NCBI GenBank assembly: GCA_963779275.1
Contig: CAVZXL010000007.1
Span: 522,163 to 586,162 of the forward strand
Direction of reading: 5' to 3'
DNA: 64,000 nucleotides
Origin: Terriglobia bacterium
Lineage (GTDB): Bacteria > Acidobacteriota > Terriglobia > Acidiferrales > UBA7541
The notes below the pieces were generated by a model. The model was not told the DNA's origin and searched no databases. It worked only from the letters and a program-made list of their open reading frames with translations. A program made the translations under genes and the position numbers. This document shows positions 49,025-60,432 of this stretch, in pieces (the first letter of the stretch is position 1; each line of letters begins with the position of its first letter).

Positions 49025-50268
49025 TTAATGCCCGGCCGCTTTTGGCTGGCCTTCCGAGGGTGAATCCTTGGAGGGTTGCGAAATGACCGAAACCTGTTCG
49101 CCTTGCTGCAGCGCATCCGGCGGATTGATCACCACACGATCGGCCGCCTCAATTCCTTCCAGAACTTCCACGGCGTTGCCGAAATCCCTGCCGATCGTGA
49201 TCGGTTTCATCGCCAGCCGGCTGTCGGCTCCCACCACGGCCGCCATCGTTCCCTCCGGCCGAAACAGCAGCGCGTTGATCGGCAGCGAGAGCCGCTGGCC
49301 CGATAGCCGCACGTCAAAGTGCACCTGCGCGTAGGATCCGGGCAGAAGCGTGCCCGAGGGGTTGGGCACGTCCACTTCGGTCAGCAGCGTCCGCGTGGCC
49401 GGGTCGATCACATTCGCCGTGCGCACCACGCTGCCGCAGAAATTCCGCCCGCTCAATTCCGCAAGTGTCAGGCAGGCCTTCAGCCCTTGGTGAATCGATG
49501 GCCCGAACGATTGCGGCACCGAAACGTACGCGCGGATCGGATCGATCTGCGCCAGGTTGAACATCTGTTTGGTGGCCGCGCCGCCGTTGCCGGCATTGAT
49601 CAACGTTCCGGGATCGACGTTGCGCTGCGTAATCACGCCGGAAAACGGCGCGTAGACGCGCTTGAACGATTCCAGTTCTTCCAACCGCTTGACGTTGGCT
49701 TCGGCCGATTGCACCATGGCGCGCTTGGCCGCCAGATCGCCGTTGGCGTTGTCCGCGTCCTGCCGCGAAACCGAATCGGTCTTCAGCAGGTCCTGATACC
49801 GCGCGGCGGTGATGCCCGACAAGCTCAGATTGGCCTGCGCCGTGGCCAGATCGGCGCGCGCCTGCGCCAGTTCCTGGTCCACTTCCGGAGTGTCGATTTC
49901 GGCCAGGATCTCGCCGCTTTTCACCTGGCTGCCGATGTCCTTGTACCATTTCTTCAGGTAGCCGTTGGTCCGCGAGTAAATCGGAGATTCGACGTACGCT
50001 TTCAACGTTCCGGGCAGAACCATTTCCGATCCGCCTTGATGGGCGTCGCGTGAATCACCGAGACGTACGGCACCGTCATCAGTTCGGTCCGCTGGGCCAG
50101 CACCTGATGCTCGCTTCTCCGCTGCAGGACGGAATACACTCCCAGAACCCCGAAAATCAGGAAGAGAATGAAAAACCAGCGCAGCATCGCGCCGCGCCCC
50201 GCGCGCGGCCCGTCCGGGCTGCCCGTGTTTTGCGATACGCCGTGCTGCTCTGAAGAAAATTCGGTCAT
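49025..50268 (-). pseudogene. RND efflux membrane-fusion (periplasmic adaptor) protein, one frame break near 50020
   Basis: The N-terminal TM piece lies in 50002..50268 (LRWFFILFLIFGVLGVYSVL...VSVIHATPIKA). The remainder is 49025..50023 (LPGTLKAYVESPIYSRTNGYLKKWYKDIGSQVKSGEILAEIDTPEVDQEL), with coiled-coil and beta-barrel regions typical of the HlyD/AcrA family. Confidence 0.75.
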
Positions 50269-53200
50269 TTACGCTAAGCTCCCAAAACTCGTGATACTCC
50301 TACGACACGTCTCGCAATTCCGCGCCCTGCCCGCTTTCCGGCCTTGATGTCCCTTGTGAACCAGCGAAAACACGCAGGGCACAAAAAACAATGTCGCCAC
50401 CGTGGCCACGATCAGGCCGCCGATCACCGCGCGGCCCAGCGGCGCATTCTGCTCGCCGCCCTCGCCCAGCCCCAGCGACAGCGGCACCATCCCGATAATC
50501 ATGGCCACGGCCGTCATGATCACCGGCCGTATGCGCACGAATCCCGCCTGCACCGCGGCTTGCGCCGCCGGAATCCCCTCGTTCAACCGCTCCCGCGCGA
50601 ACGAAATCATCAGGATGCTGTTCGCCGTGGCCACGCCCATGCACATGATAGTCCCGGTCAGCGAAGGCACGTTCAGCGTTGTGTGCGTCAGCAGCAGAAT
50701 CCAGATGATTCCCGCCAGCGCTCCCGGCAGCGCCGTGATGATGATGAACGGATCGAGCCACGATTGAAAGTTTACGACAATCAGGAAATAAACCAGGACG
50801 ATGGCCACGCCCACGCCCGCGCTCAATCCCGCGAACGAAGACGTCATCGTCGCCACCTGCCCGCGCCGGATCAGCCGCGTGCCGCGCGGCAGCTTGTTCT
50901 GAAAATCCTTCAGGATGGCCTGAATGTCCGCATCCACGCCCGCCCAGGTCGCGCCCTTCCACCGATGCGTACACGTCCAGCAGCGACTGCGTATCGTACC
51001 GGCTCACCAGCGCTGGCTCCACGTTCACCCGTACTTGGGCCAGGTTTCCCAGAATCTGCGGCGTGCTGGTGTTCGCCGAAGCCACCGGGATATTCGTCAG
51101 CGACTGCATGGAGTTCACTTTGTATTGCGGCACCTGCACGGCCACGTTGTATTCGATCCCGGTTGCCGGATTCACCCAGAACGACGGGTTGATCTGAAAG
51201 CTGGAACTCAGCGAAAGCAGCACGCTGTTTCCCACGTCCTGCTGCGTCAGCCCCACCGACTGCGCCTGCGTGCGGTCCACGTCCAGAAAAAGCGTCGGCG
51301 CCGAGCGCAACTGCTGCACGTGCACGTCCACCGCGCCGGGCACGTGCTGGATTCGCTCGGAGATCTCCTGCGCCAGGGCGTAATTCTTGTCGATGCTCGG
51401 CCCCACCAGTTGAATATCGATGGGGGAGGGAACTCCGAAATTCAGAATCTGGCTGACCATGTCGGCCGGCTGAAAAAAGAACTGCGTTCCCGGAAATGTT
51501 TCGGCCAGCTGCCGCCGCAATTCGTCCACGTAATGGATCGTCGGCATCTTTCGCTCGGGTTTCAGGCCGATCAGGATTTCCGCGTCGGATTCCCCGATCA
51601 CGCCGCGAGTTGCTGTACGTCGTGTTGATCGTGCTGTTGAATAGCCCGATGTTGTCGAGAATGTTTGCCAGATCCTCCGGCGGAATCACGCGCCGGATCA
51701 GGTTATCGACCCCGTCCGCCTCCCGCGCCGTTTCCTCCACGCGCTGCCCGGCGCGCGCGCGCATGTGCAGGCGAATCAGCCCGGCATCCACGGACGGGAA
51801 GAAGTCTCGCCCCAGCACCGGCACCAGCGCCAGCGACGCCACGCAAAACAGCAGAAACAGCGACACGAACGTCCACGCGTGATCGACGCAGAAGGTCAGC
51901 GCATTGCGGTAGCGCTCGCGCAGCCGGTCGAATCCTTGCGCAAATTTTCGCTGCGTCCGCGAAAAAATATCGTTTCCCGTGGCGTATTCCTCGCCGTGAT
52001 GCCCCTTGAGCAGGTACATCGCCATGGTCGGCACCAGCGTCCGCGAAAATACGTAGGACGCCAGCATCGCGAACACCACCGCTTCGGCCAGCGGCACGAA
52101 CAGGAACTTGGCCACGCCCGTCAGAAAAAACATCGGCACGAACACGATGCAGATGCACAGCGTGGAAACCAGCGCCGGAATCGCGATTTCCTGCGAGCCG
52201 TCCAGAATCGCCTGCACCGTGTCCTTGCCCTGCGCCAGATTTCTCTCGATGTTTTCGATCGCCACCGTGGCGTCGTCCACCAGGATGCCCACGGCCAGCG
52301 CCAGCCCCCCGAGCGTCATCAAATTGATCGTTTCATGCAGCGCGCTGAGCATCGTGATGGAAACCAGAACCGAAAGCGGAATCGAGATCGCGATAATCAC
52401 CGTGCTGCGCCAGCTCCCCAGAAACAGAAGGATCATCAGCGCCGTCAGGCACGCCGCCACCAGCCCTTCGCGGATCACCCCTGCACCGCCGCGCGCACGA
52501 AAATCGATTGGTCAAACAGCGGCGTGATCACCACTTGTTCGGGAAGCAGCGATCTTGATCTGCGGAAGCCGCGAGTAGACCTGCGAAACCACGTCCAGCG
52601 TCGACGCCGACCCGGCCTTGTAGATCACCATCAGCACGCCGCGCTGCCCGTCCATGCGCACGATGTTGATCTGCGGCGAAAAACCGTCGCTCACGCTGGC
52701 GACGTCGCGCACGTAAATCGTCGCGCCGTTGCTGGTGCGGATCGGCAGATCGTTCAGCTCGGCGATCGTGTCGGTCGACCCGTTCATCTCCACGTTGAAT
52801 TCGGTCGGGCCCAGTTTCGCCGTTCCCGAAGGCAGCGCCAGATTTTGCGAGCTGATCGCGTTGATCACGTCGACCGGAGACAGGCCCTTGGCCTGCAGTG
52901 CCGGAATATCCAGGTTCACCGAAACCTGCCGCAGTTTTCCGCCGTACGGATAGGGAATCGCGGCTCCGGCAATCGTGGCCAGCTGGCTGTGCACCACGTT
53001 CCAGGTGTAGTCGAACAGTTCCTGTTCGGAAAGTCCGTTGCCTTTCACGCCGAGTTGCAGGATGGGCACGGCCGAGGCCGAGTAGGTAATGATAATCGGC
53101 GAGGAGATTCCGGGAGGCAGTTGGCGCAGAACCGTCTGCGCGACGTCGCTGATCTGCACCAGCGCCACGCGCACGTCGGTCCCGGGCTGAAAGTAAACCT

Positions 53201-53478
53201 TGGTGATTCCGCGCCCGGAAACGGTTTGCGACTCGACGTGCTCGACGTTGTCCACCACCGTGGTCAGGAAACGCTCCACGATCGAGACGATGCGCGCGTC
53301 CATCTGCGTCGGCGACAGCCCGCTATAGTTCCAGCGCCACGCTGACCACGGGAATATTGATGTCCGGGAAAATATCGGTGGGCGTGCGCTGCAGCACGAT
53401 CGGCGTCATCAGCACGATGATCAGCGCGGCCACGATAAACGTGTACGGCCGCGTCAGCGCAATGCGTACAATCCACAT
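50269..53478 (-). pseudogene. RND efflux transporter permease (AcrB/HAE1-like), several frame breaks
   Basis: Pieces 53323..53739 (MWIVRIALTRPYTFIVAALIIVL from ATG 53478), 52512..53303, 50910..52478 (LGGLALAVGILVDDATVAIENIERNL), 50300..51601, 50269..50937 (ALPGALAGIIWILLLTHTTLNVPSLTGTIMCMGVATANSILMISFA). Confidence 0.8.
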
Positions 53479-53754
53479 GAACTGAGTCCTCGGGCCCCCG
53501 ATGAAAAAATGCAAACAGTAATAATCCGCGAATGCGTTTCGATGCAGATTTGCCTTTCGCGGTTGTGCTTGTTTGGATGCCCGGAACCGCGCCGCCGTTA
53601 CATTTTCGAGGCCATGCCGATCCGCATGCCCGTGGACGCCTGCGGCACACTTGTGTGGCTCCGGTCCGCCCTGAATCTCCGGAAAATCATGCCGGGTTGC
53701 CGCGCCCTTGCGTCTGCGCGTGACGCGCATCGCGCACAAAATTGAATTGAACGA

Positions 53755-53784
53755 TTGAATTTCTTTTTGCTTTGCTGCTATAGT
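53755..53784 (+). promoter_or_regulatory. Candidate sigma70-type promoter for the act operon (TTGAAT-18 nt-TATAGT)
   Basis: -35-like TTGAAT at 53755..53760, an 18-nt spacer, and -10-like TATAGT at 53779..53784, in the AT-richest part of the 536-nt divergent intergenic region. This implies a leader of about 225 nt before actA. Confidence 0.3.
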
Positions 53785-54014
53785 GTTTCGCGCGGGCGAC
53801 GGGCGAAGGAAAATAAATTCATAATTGTTATTTTAGAAGTACCCGTAGCAGTCCGGTAGCGCAAGCTTATCGGTGCATGGTAACTGCCGGGTTGTACCCC
53901 CTTCACTAGTTAAGGGCGCCGTTTCCCGCAAATCGGGGCCGCACGTTCGGTCCGCAGAGAGGCGCTCAGGCCGTCAGGCTGTAGACCTCGGGGAGTTTTC
54001 CGAGGGACGCAGGT

Positions 54015-54667
54015 ATGGCTCAAATCTTTCATCACAGCACGAATACGATTGCGCGCGTGAGCATTTACGGCGCGGTGATCGTCGTTGGGTTGCTTGGATT
54101 CGCGTTGAACGTCGTCAATCAGACTTCCTACGTCACCGAAGTTCACAACGCGCGGCCCGCAGCCCGTGCCGTTCAGCCACAAGCATCACGCCGGCGAACT
54201 CGGTCTCGATTGCCGTTATTGCCATTCCTCGGTCGAGGTTTCCTCCTCCGCGGGCATGCCCCCGACGCAGACCTGCATGACCTGCCATTCGCAGATCTGG
54301 ACCAACGCCGCAATGCTCGAGCCGGTTCGCGCCAGCTACCGCGATTCCAAGCCCATTTCCTGGACGCGCGTCAACGCCGTTCCCGATTTCGTCTATTTCA
54401 ATCACAGCATTCACGTGGCCAAGGGCGTCGGCTGCACCACTTGCCACGGTCCCGTCGCGGAAATGAACATCACCTGGCGCGCCGAGACCCTTTACATGCG
54501 CTGGTGCCTGGATTGCCACACCGCTCCGGAGAAATATCTGCGGCCGCGCTCCGAAGTCTTTAACGCCTTTTACCAGCCGCCCAAGCGACCAGTTGGCGCT
54601 GGGCGAGAAACTGATGAAGGAATACAAGGTCCAGAAGCTGACGGCCTGCACGACGTGCCATCGTTAG
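54015..54667 (+). pseudogene. actA: Alternative complex III subunit ActA (pentahaem cytochrome c), frame-disrupted
   Basis: Pieces 54015..54563 (N-terminal TM) and 54166..54729. Five CXXCH sites once rejoined: CRYCH, CMTCH, CTTCH, CLDCH, and a terminal CTTCHR* read by hand, ending at TAG 54665..54667. Confidence 0.75.
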
Positions 54668-54683
54668 GGAGTACAGGGAATTC

Positions 54684-57600
54684 ATGGACATGGAAAAAAA
54701 TATGGGCGGCGACACCGGCGGGGAATTAGCCGCGCCGCGCACAGATGCCGCCGACGCCGGGCGCCCCCGCTTCTGGCGCGGCCTGGAAGAACTGGCCGAC
54801 ACGCCCTGAATTCCGCGATCACAAGGAAAATGAGTTTCCGCACGGCGCCAACGATCCCGACGCGAAACTCAACCGCCGCGAACTGATGAAAGTCATGGCC
54901 GCTTCCGCGGCCTTTGCCGGACTGAGCGGCTGCACCAAGCTTCCCACGCAAAAAATCGTTCCCTACGTCCGCCAGCCCGAGGAAATCATTCCCGGCAAGC
55001 CGCTTTTCTACGCCACGGCCGTAACCTTGGGCGGCGTCGCCACCGGCGTGCTGGTCGAAAGCCACATGGCCCGGCCCACCAAAGTCGAGGGAAATCCCGA
55101 CCATCCGGCAAGCCTGGGCGCCGCCGATTCGTTCGCGCAAGCTTCTGTTCTCGGCCTCTACGATCCGGACCGCTCGCGCGCCGAGGTTCACGATGGCCGC
55201 CTGGCCAGCTGGGCCGAATTCCAGAGCGAGCTTTCCCTGGCTCTCGGCGGCCCGCCGGCGCATGTCGGGCCTGCGCCTGCTCACCGGCACGATCACTTCG
55301 CCCTCGCTTGGCGATCAGATTCGCGCGCTCCTCTCGCAATATCTCCGGCGCCAAATGGGTGCAGTACGAATCGGTCACGCGCGACAACGTCCGCGAAGGC
55401 GCTCAGCCTCGCCTTCGGCGAATTCGTTAACACCGTCTATCGCGTGGACGCAGGCAGACGTCATTCTCACCCTCGATTCCGATTTTCTTACCGCCGGGCC
55501 CAGGAAGCCTCCGCTACGCCCGTGAGTTCGCCCGCAAGCGCCGCGTCGAAAACGAAAATTCGAAAATGAACCGCCTGTACTCGGTGGAATCCACGCCCAC
55601 CAGCACCGGCGCGATGGCCGATCACCGCCTGCGCCTGCGCGCTTCCGACATCGAGGGTTTTGCGCGCGCTCTTGCCCGTGAGCTGGGCCTGAATTCCGTT
55701 GCGGCCCCGGCGGCCGCCCCGCAAGCCCCCGCCGAATGGATTCCCGCGCTTGCGCGCGACCTCAAGCAGCATTCCGGCGCATCCCTGGTGGTTGCCGGCG
55801 ATCAGCAGCCGCCCGTTGTCCACGCCATCGTTCACGCCATCAATCAGGCACTTGGAAATTTCGACAAGACCGTCTATTTCACCGAGCCCATCGAACAGTC
55901 GCCCTCCAATCAGTGGAGCTCGATGGGCGAACTGGCCGCCGACATTCGCGCCGGAAGCGTCAGCACGCTCCTGATTCTCGGCGGCAATCCCGCCTATGAC
56001 GCGCCCGCCGACCTGGGCTTCAAGGAACTTTTGCCCAAGGTGCCGTTCAGCGCGCGCCTCGGCCAGTACGAAGACGAAACCTCGGCGCTGTGCCACTGGC
56101 ACATCCCGGAAGCTCATGAACTCGAATCCTGGGGCGATGCCCGCGCCTACGACGGCACCGTTTCCGTGATTCAGCCGCTGATTGCTCCGCTGTACGGCGG
56201 CAAAATCCGCATACGAACTCCTGGGCCTGCTGAGCGGGAAAGCGAGCCAAGTCGCCGCACGATATCGTGCACGATTATTGGAAGGCGCAAAAGACCGACG
56301 AAGCCGCATTTCGACGCCTTCTGGGAGAAGACGCTGCGCGACGGCGTCGTGGCCGGCACGGCGTTTCCCCCGAAGCAGGTTTCGCTGAAGCCCGGAATCG
56401 GCGCCGAGCCTCCGGCGGCCCCCGCGCAAGGCCTCGAAATCGTTTTCCGTCCCGACCCGACGATTTATGACGGCCGATTCTGCAAACAACGGCTGGCTGC
56501 AGGAATTGCCCAAGCCTCTGACCAAGCTCACCTGGGACGCCGTGGCCATGGTGAGCCCGAAAACGGCGGCGCGCCTGGGTCTGAAAAGCGAGCAAGCCGT
56601 CGAACTCAAATATCAGGGCCGCACGATTGTCGCGCCGGTCTGGGTCATGCCCGGCCACGCCGATGAAAGCGTCACCGCATTCCTGGGCTATGGACGCACG
56701 CGCGCCGGCCGCGTCGGACAACCGGCATGGGTTTTGACGCCGGATGGATTCGCCCTATGCCGCGCCGTGGATCGGCACGGGCCTGGAAATTCGCCGCACC
56801 GGCGACAAATGGCCTCTCGCCGCCACGCAAACCCACAACTCCATGGAAGGCCGCGAGCCTATCCGCGTTGCCACCCTGGACGAGTACGCCAAGAATCCGA
56901 AATTCGCCCAGGCCGAGGCCGCAGGAAAATCCGCTCTCCCTCTACCCCGACGTGAAGTACGAAGGCAACGCCTGGGGCATGGCCATCGACCTGAACTCCT
57001 GCACCGGTTGCGGCGCCTGCGTCACCGCCTGCCAGGCGGAAAACAACATCGCCGTCGTCGGTAAGACCGAAGTCATGATCGGCCGCGAAATGCACTGGAT
57101 CCGCATCGACCGCTATTACGAAGGCGATGCCGACGGCCCGAACACCTACCACCAGCCGCTGATGTGCCTGCATTGCGAGGACGCGCCCTGCGAACTGGTT
57201 TGCCCCGTGGCCGCCACCGTGCACAGCCCCGAAGGCCTGAACGAAATGGTCTACAACCGCTGCGTCGGCACGCGCTACTGCTCCAACAACTGCCCCTACA
57301 AAGTCCGCCGCTTCAATTTCCGCCTCTATTCGGATTGGGATACGCCCAGCCTGTTCGGCATGCGCAATCCCGAACGTGAGCGTGCGCAGCCGCGGCGTCA
57401 TGGAAAAGTGTTCCTACTGCGTGCAGCGCATCAACGCGGTGAAAATCGAAGCGGAAAAGCAGGATCGCCCCGTGCGCGACGGCGAAATTGTCACCGCCTG
57501 CCAGCAGACTTGCCCGTCCGAAGCGATCGTGTTCGGGAACATCAACGATCCCAACAGCAAAGTCTCGCTGCTGAAGGCCAAAAACAGAAATTACAAATTG

Positions 57601-57750
57601 CTCGAGGAACTCAACACGCGCCCCAGGACTACGTACCTGGCAAAATTGCGCAACCCGAATCCGGAAATCGAGAAAGCGGCGGAGCTTAACCGGGTACGGG
57701 CTGTACTTGCAGCCCGCCGGGAAAAAGACGGAATGACACATGGCAGATAG
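54684..57750 (+). pseudogene. actB: Alternative complex III subunit ActB (molybdopterin-like plus 4Fe-4S domains), many frame breaks
   Basis: FWRGLEELADTPEFRDHKENEFP, Tat-like RRELMKVMAASAAFAGLSGC, and HMARPTKVEGNPDHPASLGA. Ferredoxin motifs [65 protein letters not shown]. Pieces 54745..55569, 55566..56666, 56467..56955, 56727..57689, 57376..57750. Confidence 0.8.
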
Positions 57751-59125
57751 TCCGGCAGACAAACTCGCGGAGAAGATGGCGACCGCGCCGATCCTCGGCC
57801 CGGGGCACGATTACGCCTCGGTCACCGACAAGATCAGCGCCATCGTCCTGAAACGCCGCCCGCCGAAATGGTGGTGGGCGGGTTTTGCGATTGGCTTCGC
57901 TCTCCTCATGATGTTTCTTTATGCCGTCACCTACCTTCTCCTGGTGGGCACGGGCATCTGGGGAATCAGATTCCCGGTCGGCTGGGGCTTTGCCATCATC
58001 AATTTCGTCTGGTGGATCGGAATCGGCCACGCCGGCACGCTGATTTCCGCCATCCTCCTGCTCTTGCGCCAGCAGTGGCGCACCTCGATCAATCGCTTTG
58101 CCGAGGCCATGACCCTGTTCGCCGTCGCTTGCGCGGGCGTGTTTCCCTTGCTTCACATGGGCCGCCCGTGGCTGGCCTATTGGATGTTCCCGTATCCGGA
58201 CACCATGAAGATGTGGCCGAACTTCCGCAGTCCGCTGGCCTGGGACGTCTTCGCGGTTTCCACCTACGCCACCGTGTCGCTGCTGTTCTGGTTTGTCGGC
58301 CTGCTGCCGGACCTGGCCACGCTGCGCGATCGCGCGAAAAATCCCGTTGCCAAGGTCATCTACGGATTCCTGGCCATGGGCTGGCGCGGCTCGGCCGTTC
58401 ACTGGTACCGGCATGAGACCGCTTCGCTGCTGCTGGCGGGACTCGCGACTCCCCTGGTGCTCTCCGTCCACACCATCGTGAGCTTTGACTTCGCCTTCGG
58501 CATCGTTCCCGGATGGCACGCCACGATTTTCCCGCCATATTTCGTGGCCGGCGCCATCTACGCCGGATTCGCCATGGTGCTCACGCTCTCCATTCCCGTG
58601 CGCAAAGTTTTCGGCCTGGAAGATTTCATCACCATGCGCCACCTGGACAACATGGGCAAAGTCCTGCTGGCCACCGCGCTGATCGTCGGCTACGGCTACA
58701 TGATGGAAGCCTTCAGCGCGTATTACAGCTCCGACCAATACGAGCGCTTCATGATCCTGAACCGCATGTTCGGACCCTACGCGGGAATATATTGGACCCT
58801 GATTGCCTGCAACATCGTTACGCCGCAGTTCCTGTGGTTCCGCAAGGTGCGCTCGAAAGTCGGCGCGCTGTTCGCCATCGCCATGGTCGTGAACCTGGGC
58901 ATGTGGCTCGAGCGTTTCGTCATCGTGGTCACCAGCTTGCACCGCGATTTTCTGCCGTCGTCCTGGGGCATGTATTACCCCACGCGCTGGGACTTCGCCA
59001 TTTTCTTCGGCACCATCGGGCTGTTCGTGACCCTGTTGTTCCTGTTCCTCCGTTTCCTGCCGCTGATTTCCATTTATGAAATGCGCGCGCTGGTCAGCGA
59101 AGAGGAGAAGAAGGCGGAAGGATAG
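57740..59125 (+). CDS. actC: Alternative complex III subunit ActC (NrfD/PsrC-like membrane subunit), uninterrupted
   Basis: 461-aa polytopic ORF. Its position after actB and motifs such as [27 protein letters not shown] fit the NrfD family. Confidence 0.8.
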   Translation: MADSPADKLAEKMATAPILGPGHDYASVTDKISAIVLKRRPPKWWWAGFAIGFALLMMFLYAVTYLLLVGTGIWGIRFPVGWGFAIINFVWWIGIGHAGTLISAILLLLRQQWRTSINRFAEAMTLFAVACAGVFPLLHMGRPWLAYWMFPYPDTMKMWPNFRSPLAWDVFAVSTYATVSLLFWFVGLLPDLATLRDRAKNPVAKVIYGFLAMGWRGSAVHWYRHETASLLLAGLATPLVLSVHTIVSFDFAFGIVPGWHATIFPPYFVAGAIYAGFAMVLTLSIPVRKVFGLEDFITMRHLDNMGKVLLATALIVGYGYMMEAFSAYYSSDQYERFMILNRMFGPYAGIYWTLIACNIVTPQFLWFRKVRSKVGALFAIAMVVNLGMWLERFVIVVTSLHRDFLPSSWGMYYPTRWDFAIFFGTIGLFVTLLFLFLRFLPLISIYEMRALVSEEEKKAEG

Positions 59126-59167
59126 TCGCCGGCGGACTAAAAGCAATTTCATAATTAATCTTTGTGG

Positions 59168-59221
59168 GTCGCGGCTTCAGCCGCGACATTTGCAGAGTGA
59201 CACTGAAGGGCTTTAGCCCCT
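59168..59221. repeat. Two REP hairpins inside the act operon (GTCGCGGCTTCAGCCGCGAC; AGGGCTTTAGCCCCT)
   Basis: Read directly at 59168..59187 and 59207..59221, in the 148-nt actC-actD spacer. Confidence 0.6.
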
Positions 59222-59273
59222 GGCGATTGTCGAACGGGGCGAGAGGAATCGAAGAAAGGCCGGCTGGACTGCG

Positions 59274-59828
59274 TTGCAGCCGTCTAGGAATGAAAAAGAC
59301 GGATCCATTTACGGCCTGATGGCGGAATTCACCACCGCGGAGCAGTTGCTCGACGCCGCGCATCGCACGCACGATGCCGGATACCACCGCGTCGACGCGT
59401 TTTCTCCATTCCCCATCGAGGGCCTGGCGCATGCGGTCGGCTTTCACCGCACGCGCCTCCCGCTGGTCGTTCTTGCGGCCGGGATCGTCGGATGCATTGC
59501 GGGCTTCGGCATGCAGTACTACGCCGCCGCGGTCAGCTACCCCATTAACGTCGGCGGCCGCCCGCTCAACAGCTGGCCCGCGTTTGTTCCCATCACTTTT
59601 GAAATGACGATTTTGTTCGCTGCCGGCGCGGCCGTCTTCGGCATGCTCATCATGAACGGATTGCCGACGCCCTACCATCCGGTCTTCAACGTGCCGCGTT
59701 TCGCGCTGGCTTCGCGCGACCGTTTTTTCCTGTGCATCAAGGCGCGCGACCCGATGTTCGACCTGGAATTGACCAAAAAATTCCTGGCCACGCTCAATCC
59801 CCGCGAGGTGTCTGAAATTGATGTTTAA
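59274..59828 (+). CDS. actD: Alternative complex III subunit ActD (DUF3341); start uncertain
   Basis: [41 protein letters not shown] plus two TM helices. The ORF opens with TTG 59274. A better-looking ATG (59289, MKKTD) is out of frame, so another indel is possible here. Confidence 0.75.
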   Translation: MQPSRNEKDGSIYGLMAEFTTAEQLLDAAHRTHDAGYHRVDAFSPFPIEGLAHAVGFHRTRLPLVVLAAGIVGCIAGFGMQYYAAAVSYPINVGGRPLNSWPAFVPITFEMTILFAAGAAVFGMLIMNGLPTPYHPVFNVPRFALASRDRFFLCIKARDPMFDLELTKKFLATLNPREVSEIDV

Positions 59829-60432
59829 CCTTCAGCCGCCGATTTTGCCGTTTCGCGGCACGCGCCTGCTCGCCGGACTGGCTTTGCTGCTCGCCTGCGC
59901 CGGTTGCCGCCAGGATATGCACGTGCAGCCGCGTTACAATCCCTACGATCCCACCGATTTCTTCGAGGATGGCCAGTCCGCGCGCCTGCCCGTCGAGGGC
60001 ACCGTGCCGCGCGGCGATCTGAAACTCGGCCCGAACGAATTGCTCTATACCGGAAAAGTCGATGGCCAGCCCTCGGATTCGTTTCCATTTCCCGTCACCC
60101 GCGAAATCCTGGACCGGGGCAGGGAACGCTTCAACATTTATTGCTCGCCCTGCCACGGATTTTCCGGCGATGGCGACGGCATGATCGTGCAGCGCGGTTT
60201 CCGCCGCCCGCCTTCGCTGCATGAAGACCGCCTGCGAACCGCGCCCGCCGGCCACTTCTTCGACGTAATCACCAACGGCCAGGGAGTGATGTATCCCTAC
60301 GGTTACCGCGTCGCTCCGCGCGACCGCTGGGCCATCGTCTATTACATCCGCGCGCTGCAACTCAGCCGTCAGGCTTCGGTCACCGATCTGCCCGAAGCGG
60401 AACAGAAAAAATTGCTAGGCGGGACGCGATGA
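59821..60432 (+). CDS. actE: Alternative complex III subunit ActE (monohaem cytochrome c lipoprotein)
   Basis: Lipobox-like LLLACAGC and a single CSPCHG site. [11 protein letters not shown] is typical of ActE. Confidence 0.75.
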   Translation: MFNLQPPILPFRGTRLLAGLALLLACAGCRQDMHVQPRYNPYDPTDFFEDGQSARLPVEGTVPRGDLKLGPNELLYTGKVDGQPSDSFPFPVTREILDRGRERFNIYCSPCHGFSGDGDGMIVQRGFRRPPSLHEDRLRTAPAGHFFDVITNGQGVMYPYGYRVAPRDRWAIVYYIRALQLSRQASVTDLPEAEQKKLLGGTR

